Both the position numbers and the translations under genes were made by a program. From NCBI GenBank assembly GCA_973851085.1, contig OZ316775.1, positions 17,856,001-17,920,000 on the forward strand: 64,000 nt of DNA, written 5' to 3'. The DNA comes from Ptychomitrium polyphyllum. Lineage: Eukaryota. Below are positions 55,326 to 64,000 of this stretch, one piece after another. The notes beneath the pieces are model-generated. The model was not told where the DNA came from. It saw only the letters and a program-made list of their open reading frames with translations, and ran no database searches. Each line of letters opens with the position of its first letter. Position 1 is the first letter of the stretch.

Positions 55326-55927
55326 TGTTAGGGACACAAGAAACAAGAAGCAGAAACGAAGTGTTTCCCAAGAATTAGCTTCCAAAGAGCTAATGATTAA
55401 CAAGAACTTGATACAAAGACTAGAACAAGGCAGGATTCAAGATGATCCACAACTTGTGTTGGCAAGACTAAGGAAAACCTTGTCTTGCCTCCTATTTATA
55501 CTATGACGTTTGTATTTCCTAGGATACTTCTAAAGAAGCTTCCTACAAGGCTTAAGAATATTCTGGAAGTCTAGGGATCCTTACCAAGAAGTTTCTTAAG
55601 ATCTTGGAACCTTTCTAAGAGGCTTCCAAGGAGTTGGAATCTTCCTTGGAAGTTTCCTAAAGTAGCAGAAGCTTTTTAGGAAGTTTTCTAAAGAGGTAGA
55701 ACCTTCTAAGGAAGTTTTCTAAGATGATGGAACTTTCCAAGGAAGTTTCTTAGGATGATGGAACCTTCCTAGGAAGTTTCTTAAGGTGGAGGATCTTTCC
55801 TCGGAAGCTTTTTAAGAACTTGGAAAGATTATGGAGACATCTAAAAGTATTCTAAGGTGCTATTCTAGTATACTAGAAGGTTCTAGAATGTTCTAAGGAC
55901 TATGTTGCATGATCTATGTCCGTGACA
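55326..55927 (-). repeat. 5' LTR of copy 3 (602 bp)
   Basis: tgtcacggacatagatc...tccctaaca on the minus strand; TATA at 55493-55500. Confidence 0.95.
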
Positions 55928-56389
55928 CTTAGAGTTGGAACTGGCCTTCAAATTTTGGTTGTTTTCTTTCTTGCATTTAGATATTAGGTTTTGAAATTTT
56001 TGATGAAGTTAGATCTAGTAGTTGCGTTTCTATAGACACCAAGACCATAATATTTGAAGCTATAAAGCGTCCGTGGCATCTTATTTGGTGTGAAGAGGTC
56101 TTGTTGGCTTAAGCAGAAAGTGTTGTGAGGTTAATTAGAGTTATGGTTTAATGGCTAGTGGTTTGGGCCACTGAATAAGGAAATATGCCTTCTCAAATAA
56201 TGGCCAACCAACTCACAAAAGCGTTCTAGCTTATGAAGTCATTAGAGTTGTAGTAAACAAGTTGTAATTTAGCACATAGTTATTATACAATACTTCTAGT
56301 TAGATGTTCAGTAATATTTGAGAAGACTTGAAAAATTATGAATTTTGATTTTTATCTAATTAAATATGAATAAATTGATATTTTTTAAT

Positions 56390-57182
56390 CATTAGCATTA
56401 GAGGACCTAGGCAAGATATAACATCTGCACTTTGACATCAAATGCAACCACGTGTAAAATAATTGGCCAACTGCCCTTCATAATCCTATCTTAATTTAAA
56501 TGCTCTAATCATCTTGTTAAAAGTTAATAAAGTCACTCTTGGAGAATCAATGATCTTATTTGAAAATATTTTGAAGGGCTTAATTAAAATCAAATCTCGG
56601 ACTAAGACATTTCAAAAACTAAAGAATTGGTTGGTAGCCACCGGCGTTTTTTGCGAGGACCTGTTGAGCCAATGGACAAAGAATAATAAGCGGAAAATGT
56701 TTTTTTTTCCTTTAACAAGTCATGGAATTTGTAAAAATGTAACAAGTAAGTTACAATAAGAGCTCAGTTTGGAACTTGTTGCAAAAAAAAGAGGTAATAT
56801 GGCATATATAAATTATGCAACATATTCTTTAGAATTTTTTGAAACCTTTTGGTACATTGTAGTAGCTTTCTAGATTACTTTTAATGCTTTCATAGCCATT
56901 CCACCTCCTTAAAAAACATCTTGGGAAGATTCCATAATCTTTTAGTACATTTTTAAGCTTCATGTGAAGCTTCTTTTTAAGTATTATAAAAAATACAAGC
57001 GTCATAATATAAATAGAAGGCAGAACAAGGTATACCTTAGTTTTGCCAATACAAGTTGTGGATCATATTATATTATGTCCTTATTCTAATCTTTGTACAA
57101 ATTCTTGTTGATCATTAGCTTTTTGGAAGCTAATTCTTAAGAACCACTTTGTATGTGCTTTTTATTTCTTATGTTTTTAACA
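56390..57182 (+). mobile_element. 3' fragment (3' UTR, polypurine tract, short LTR 56798-57182) of an ancient family-A-related element
   Basis: Similar to 4230-5194; aaaaaaaagaggtaa sits at the polypurine-tract position; ends ttttaaca. Confidence 0.8.
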
Positions 57183-58381
57183 AATATATGGCTATGGCTT
57201 TTTGCATTAATTTATGGAATCTTTCATATGACAAATTCAACATCAATAAATTGTGACGTCTATTGTGAAGGTTTTGAAAAATGTGCACAATGTTTGAAAC
57301 AAGTTACTTCTAACTTTTTGCTTTCTAACTTTTTGCTTTTTAATTGATAACTATATGCATCAAAATAAGAACAAATATGCTTGTGAGGAATATGCAGCTT
57401 TAATAGGCCTTAATTATTTCCAAAAAATAAGAAGTAGATTCCTCATGGTTGATCATATATACACAAATATTAACCAATAATACAAATATATTTTTTATGT
57501 TCTAAGAAGGAATGACATCAATATATTAATACAGGTACTAATGCCAAAATAGAATTATATTTTAAGAAATATATATATACCTATTCAATAAACATATAGG
57601 AGATCATATAGGATTAAGAGGAACTCATTCCTTGTACTTTCATTTCAGCAAAAATATGGAATTTATAGAAATGAGTGAATTCTATTATTTCTATTTCTAT
57701 CAACAATATAAACAACTACACATACAATACACAATATATACAAATGATGCATAGTAATCAATCGATAGTAATCCATTTTTAACAAGTATTCTAGATGTAA
57801 AAAGCAAATTTGAATTTACTAAGGTTTTTTAGAGTATTACTAAGGAATATTACTAATGAAGTATTATGCTTATTTATACAATCATTTCTTCATATTATAT
57901 GGCACAAGATTAAAAGTCAATTATGTACATTACTATACCATAAGCTTCTATTATATTATTAATAATCTATTTGAACTTTGAAACATATTTATGGCTTTCC
58001 ATTAGTATGGAAATTCATAAAAATAAAATAATACTTTGTAGGCTTTTAGAAATGGTATATATAATGAAAATTTTCTATTTACAAAGAAAAAATTGGTTCT
58101 ATATGCCATGCAAAATAAAATAGGAAAGCACTATTTTATAATTTTGACTTCAATAAAGTACATGTTTGTTATAATTTGTACTTTATCAATATATGATGAA
58201 GTTTATACATATTTAGTAAAAATTTCGATACAATATGCATTCTAAATTTTTTTAAATGAATTAATTATTGTCAACAATACTTATTACTTGATTTAATGAA
58301 TGAATCTAGAATTTAATTTTAGATCATTTTAAAAATTTTGTGTTTCAAATTGACCTTATCAACATTTGTAGAAAATTTTTT

Positions 58382-58477
58382 TGACATTTTCATATAGCAC
58401 GTGATATTTTCATATAGCGCGTGATATTTTATATAGCGCGTGATATTTTATATAGTGCGTGATATTTTATATAGCGC
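58382..58477 (+). repeat. 19-20-bp minisatellite, ~5 copies (gtgatatttt(c)atatagcgc)
   Basis: Directly visible tandem units. Confidence 0.9.
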
Positions 58478-59029
58478 AAAATATTTTGATAAATATAATA
58501 TTACAACTAAAGATTTTCTCAAACTTAGATCTACTAGGAAGTTGGCAAACTAAGAAGGCCCAAATTCTTAATAACATTCGGCATGAATTACATGTGATAA
58601 ATATTACAAGTGATAAATATTGGTATGTGTTGCTTGATAAAAAAAAATTATATACCAGTTGCAAACCAAGCATATGTGCAGGTTCATCCCAGCTAGAGGT
58701 CAACAATTTCAAACTTACAAGTTGAGTGAAGTCGCTTCTTTGGATTACAACATGGATTACAATAACTTATGGACAGGAGTTTTCTAGAAATTAGATAATG
58801 TTCTATATTATTGTACCTTAGAAAGAAGAAACCAAAAGCGGGGAAGTAATTTTGAATAGGCTTTGGAGATGTTTGTGAGTTCAGCCTATTCCAAATCACT
58901 TCCCTGCCTCTGATTTCTTCTTTTCCCGTCTTTTCTGATAAACCTAATTCTATATAGACAATGTAGAAAAGAAGGTTTTCTCAAAGCTTTTGCAACAAAA
59001 ATATTTGATCCATTCTTTGATTTTGCATT

Positions 59030-59288
59030 GCCAACTTTTGGAAGGAAAAAATACAAAGATGGATCTTCCATTCATCTACACCAACATTCATTAGTGGCAC
59101 AAACTCATTAGAAGAGATATTTAGTGACAACAAAATTGTTCCTTGTCTTGTCATCATTTTAGATGACTATTTTGTCACTAAATTATTTTTTTTCAATGAG
59201 TTTGTGTTATTATAACAAATGTCAAATGGTATTGGAAATTGATGAAGGATCCATTTCTTGCTTTTTTTCTTTTGCTTTTGAAGTAGGC
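59030..59288. repeat. Imperfect fold-back inverted repeat, MITE-like
   Basis: Nested complementary pairs: atggatc/gatccat, cacaaactcatt/aatgagtttgtg, atttagtgacaa/ttgtcactaaat. Confidence 0.7.
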
Positions 59289-60975
59289 ACCATCTAACAA
59301 TCCATCAAGGAAGTCTTAAGTGCTCTAAACATCCCTCTTAGAGCATTGTGATTTTAACAATTTGCTATGGATATAAAATATTTAGTTGTTTCATATGACA
59401 GCCGCTCCTAATATTAGAATTGCTTCAAGGAAAGAATATCATAAATTAATATCCATTCTTAAGCCAATATACAAACTATTCTTTTTATAAACAATTGTAT
59501 GACTTTAAATCCTTCTTTGGAATACATAGCCATTGAGCTACTTCCTTTCCATAGGTCATCTATGCCTTAAGAAAGTTTTTTTGGTTTGTATTATTACTAC
59601 ATATTGGTTAAAACATAAATTTCTACACTATGAGATTTAAGACCATTTTATTTATGCATCTCATCCTTTTAGCACCACCTAAGTACTACCTAATTAATAT
59701 ACAAATAAAAAAATGGTATCAACATGTTATCACCAAATAAAGCATAAGCATGTCCAATTCCAACAAAGTACCAATCAGTCTAGAAATGAAATCTTTTGAA
59801 CATTCTTGAAATGCCTTTCTCCTTGACAAACATGCAAACGGATTTCATGAATGCTGAAGTTATCACTGTATGTGGTATTTCTATGTGATTATCTAGCATG
59901 TACAGATGTCCCGGATCAAGCATGAAAGGGCTGCCATATGGCAGCAATTTTTAGGCACATGTGGCTGCAGCATCTGTTTTGGCGATGGCATGCTGCTCTG
60001 CATTTGTTAAGACCAACACAAGGTCCACATCCTCGTTGCCGTGAAGGTCTTTCTGGGATTCATAAGAGGAGGATTGATCACAACCCGTTGTTGCTAGTCC
60101 GGTGAAGTGGAGATCGGGGTTAAGTGGATGTTCGCAGGTGTGTATGTGCGAAGAATTTCAGCTTACAAAGCTTTTTTGTGTCGATCATGATGGTGATGGA
60201 ATTCTGGAACTTTTGTATTTCTGAAAAAAGCATGTGTTTTGGGTGCAATCGATACCTGGTTGTTGCTTTTCTTCTGTGAGATGTTGATCTCCAACCGCAG
60301 GGATGTCGCTTGAAGCATTGTTTGCATGTGACTTGATGAAGGTGCTGGGTTGGTTATGATCTTGTATTCAAAACAGACCCTGTGTTGGCTTCTCCTTCAT
60401 GAGATCTTTTAGGCGGATTACGCCAGTCTGGTTTTGGAAAGAGGGTTTGGGAAGCATGTGGGTTCTGTCAGTGGTGTGAGCTTCTGAGAGCTGCCCTGGT
60501 TTTTTTACTTGGGTTACATGTCAAAGCACCTTCAAATTCGTAGGGTTTCAAATGCTATGAGCTGCTGTTATCTTTAGGCATTGCAAGGATACAAGACTGT
60601 AGAGGAATGATGATTTACAAGACGGCAAGAAGCAGAAGTATCCATGATTGATTAAACTCTCTATATTGCCTCCGGAACTGAGTTTAAAGACGTCAATACA
60701 AACCCTTGCTATCAACTCTGTTTGGACATGACGTCGCCCATGACTGCTTTCTAGTGATGTTGGCTCTTCTGTTCCTGCTAAAGGCAAAGTACAAATTCAC
60801 GAGTTCTTTGCTTTCACCTGCGAAATCCTACACACGAGACTCCCGCTTGTACTTCCTTCAGCCTTTCTTTTTCATCTTTAATCTCTTTCTGACCCATGTT
60901 TATTCTGGGTCACTAAGTCATGGGTACAACCTTGTGATTGATTTTGTTCACAGGAACGAGGCATGAGTTGTAATA

Positions 60976-61206
60976 ATGTCAGAGCCAGTGGATCCGAGGT
61001 TGAGTCACGGAACTGTCCGAACACTTGTAACCCAAGAGGAGGCGAAAGCGAAACCTGGCAATGAAGCGGAGATTGCGGCCGAGGGGCTGCAGAAGTCGAC
61101 AGACATGGCCACTTCAGAGCCAGCAGATGTAGAAACCAGCAGCTTTGTGACAACTCCGGAGATGGACAGATCGAATAGCGTGGATTGGATTCGTGGAAAT
61201 TCTTAG
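60976..61206 (+). CDS. Small acidic hypothetical protein (76 aa)
   Basis: GC-rich ORF just after an acceptor (ttcacag, ~60953); donor gtaatt at 61261 and acceptor ttacag at 61590 suggest UTR introns; no recognisable domain. Confidence 0.5.
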   Translation: MSEPVDPRLSHGTVRTLVTQEEAKAKPGNEAEIAAEGLQKSTDMATSEPADVETSSFVTTPEMDRSNSVDWIRGNS

Positions 61207-62430
61207 CGCAGCAGAGGCCTTTTTCAGCGGATTTGCACAGGTCGTGAGCAGAAGGAAGCGGTAATTGTGTCGATCGGCTGCTGTCCTTCAGGAAGTGTGC
61301 AAAAAATATTCATGTGTACTTTACCTTCTCAATCGTGAAATTAGGATTATTCTGTGAATGAGCGTCGTCAGTATCAGAATGATTTTGCAGAAATCTGAGT
61401 TGAGTTATCATGTAGCATATATTCTCCATCAATTAGCCTGATATGGTGTATTCTTAAGAATTGTTTAGTCTCTTTATCCTGATTCGGGGCATTTGATAAT
61501 AAGCAGGGTAAAAACGAGATTAATGGAACTGCATTCAGTCCTGTAAACGTTTTATCATAATGATGTTGAATTGAACCTGTTGCCTTACAGGTGCGTACTT
61601 TAGGCGTCAGTATCTACTCCCTTTGAACACAGGATGATCTTTTTGTGCAATGGAGGAAGCAGCCAAGCAGATGAATTATCACTGTACTTCTGCACTGACC
61701 AATTGCATGTCGATGACTGCATTGTATACGTAAGTCTTAATAATCAGTATACAACCGCCTGCTTTAGTAAAATAAAGGCACTGAATGAGGGTGGTATCAC
61801 ATCTCCAAGAACTTTAACACTTACAAGACAAACGATTTGCACAAATGTGGCATGAAATGGAGAGGAAGCCTCAAGACATATCGTAGTCTCCTACAGTAGA
61901 TCCAAAGAGTCGAGTCGATGAATGGATTAATAGCATCTAGAGTATGTGCGTGCATGGCAGTCTGTCCAGAACATTTCAGATCTGCAGCGATGAGTTTGCA
62001 CGCCGGTTTATTTGTCGCTTTGTAAGTAGTTACTAAAACTCATGTAGGTACTAGGCGACATGTGGAAGGCAAAACTCAATGCTAATCTATAGAACGGATG
62101 TGTTGAAACATAAGAACAGACTTTACCCATCATATGCAATCCAATAGGGTTTAGTTCAGCAAGTCAATATCACATATTGAATACAACCTACAATTCAGCT
62201 TTGTCTAATAATAAAACTATGAATGTCAAGACATAGCCTAGTACCAACACACCGAAGTGGTGAAATTTACAGTAATTGTATTTCTAATGACTTAAATCAA
62301 TAACTCAACTGCCCTGATATTTTTTCAGAAAAACTGAGATATTTGCGTTGTCACTGTTTCCAGTCAAAAAGAGAACTTTAGCGCACAAAAACTATGGACT
62401 CCAATCTTATGCCTGAAGGAATTTCGGTAA

Positions 62431-62953
62431 CTAGAGTACAAGCTTGGAAGACAAATTACGAGTCAAATTCCCACCTCCATTGAAATCCATCATTTCTTTC
62501 CCTTCCAAGAAGTTTTGTTCATCTGCAACAGAAATTTTTTATCCAAGTCAGACTTGAAAGAAGAGTACTTTTATTCAGAAACTTAAATTGTTTCGTGGCT
62601 ACTTTCGTGACATTCTTTTAATCGACTCAGCACACCTGTCAGAGAAGGTGATTGTTGTGACAGTGCCTCACCTTCCCCTCGGCACCAGTAACTGCATTTA
62701 GGTTTACAATGTCACCAGAAGCAGACTGCGATGAAGAATCTTTGGGCAGAACCATTGTTGGAGTAGCTGGTTTTCTAACGAACATGCAGCTTGCTTTCTC
62801 CATTTCGGTGAACCGGCCCACAGAGGGTTGAGTTGTCATACCGTCCTGTGCCGGCTGCTGCGAGTCATTGTAAGAAGACGCGTGCTGCCACCCACCTTGG
62901 CCATAACTGTCGTCTTTGATATTGGTGGCTGAGTAGCTACCTCCAGAAGACAT
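62431..62953 (-). CDS. Hypothetical Ser/Gly/Gln-rich protein; may have further upstream exons
   Basis: Exon 62958-62672 (CAG|G...AAG|GTGAGG) splices in frame to 62522-62431 (TTGCAG|ATGAAC...TAG); further donor-like sites at ~63679 and ~63810. Confidence 0.5.
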
Positions 62954-64000
62954 AGCTCCTGCTTGCAATGAACAAAGCACAATACGAGTTGGTAGAAACA
63001 GAGCATTAATTAACATGCTCCTGAAATTGATTCAGCAATTCTTCACGTTTGGGAAAGCATGAACAACGATGCAAGTCATCAAGAAAAGTTGGGCTTCTAC
63101 TGTCCTACAATCGTAGGGGGCTGATGGAGGAAGTCAAGGATCAATTTCTTCTCTCTTGATTTATACTTTAGTGTACAAAAGGTAGTTTCTCCTAAGGCTC
63201 TCCAGAAAGCATATAAATCCTTAGGGTTGTGAAGACTTTAAAGTCTACCAATACGCAAAAGATACTGATCATTCCGTGAGGAACTTGCAGCAAGCTTGTC
63301 CCGAAGAACACACGCTGCAAAGATGGTAGAAAATTGTGCTTGTACATGCTACAAGCATAATGACTAAAGCAGCCAAGTGTCCGTGCCGAAGCCACTGCCC
63401 ACACCATATAATCACCACCCCTTAGCTCAGAGCAGGAGTCCGATAACTGGAATGAGGAAAAACAAAAACAAAGAAAATTTAGAGCTTCCACGTCACGAGT
63501 GATCTATGTTGACGGCCAAGTGGGTTGAAATGTATTTGATGGCGATCCGTTTTGTGTTCTTTCAGTTTATATTTTTGGTTATCCAAATACGACGGTCGAA
63601 GAAAGAACCCAAGTGGATGAGACGAAACTGAACGCCATCTGATACTTTCGAACCCACTTGGCTGACATAGACTACTCACGTGAAAGCTACTAAATAAATA
63701 CTAAACGCTGGCCGAGACTATAAGTGCTTCCAAATGGGGCATGTGCTTTGAGTAGATCAGCATCAAATACAGCAGCTAAAAACGCCAATTCACGATAACG
63801 CTTCGCATACCCTGTTCAGCTAATGTGTAAGCCCAAAAGACAAGCCAAAACTTAGAAAACCGATATTGACGTGAAGTCGCAACAAACACCTCAAAACACA
63901 TGAGTGAATTGGGTTTTCGTACTTCTATTAATGCTGTGACAAAAGTAACAGAAAAGCTTCAACAAGTAGAAGACAAACGGTACTTCAAGCTCTAAAACGG

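Larger units (their letters stand above)
48242..55927 (-). mobile_element. Full-length defective family-A chromovirus (copy 3)
   Basis: 5' LTR 55326-55927, gag 55089-54071, pol ~54010-50592, polypurine tract ~49939-49952, 3' LTR 48242-49938; perfect TSD CTTAG at 48237-48241 and 55928-55932. Confidence 0.97.

Overview
AT-rich plant nuclear DNA, most likely a moss (the dominant repeat looks like the Physcomitrium RLG1 / Tcn1-clade chromovirus; this is inferred from sequence character, not from a database search). About 1-31 kb and 45-57 kb are nested, decayed Ty3/Gypsy LTR retrotransposons plus solo LTRs of at least four families, many with readable 5-bp target-site duplications (TSDs). The gene island at 32-44.5 kb holds an HMA-domain metal-binding protein (+) and a DOG1-domain/ankyrin-repeat protein (-). 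Two small unknown convergent genes lie at 60-64 kb. Main observations: (1) two dead Gypsy copies about 43 kb apart in inverted orientation are ~99.8% identical and share their inactivating lesions, and that identity stops abruptly beside a solo-LTR insertion, which suggests repeated ectopic gene conversion; (2) the main family has a primer-binding site complementary to its own predicted transcript 5' end, as in Tf1-type self-priming; (3) two unrelated LTRs occupy the same 5-bp target, giving three copies of GCCAT; (4) one ancient element may have been split around the gene island. All gene models and identities were read by eye and are unverified.
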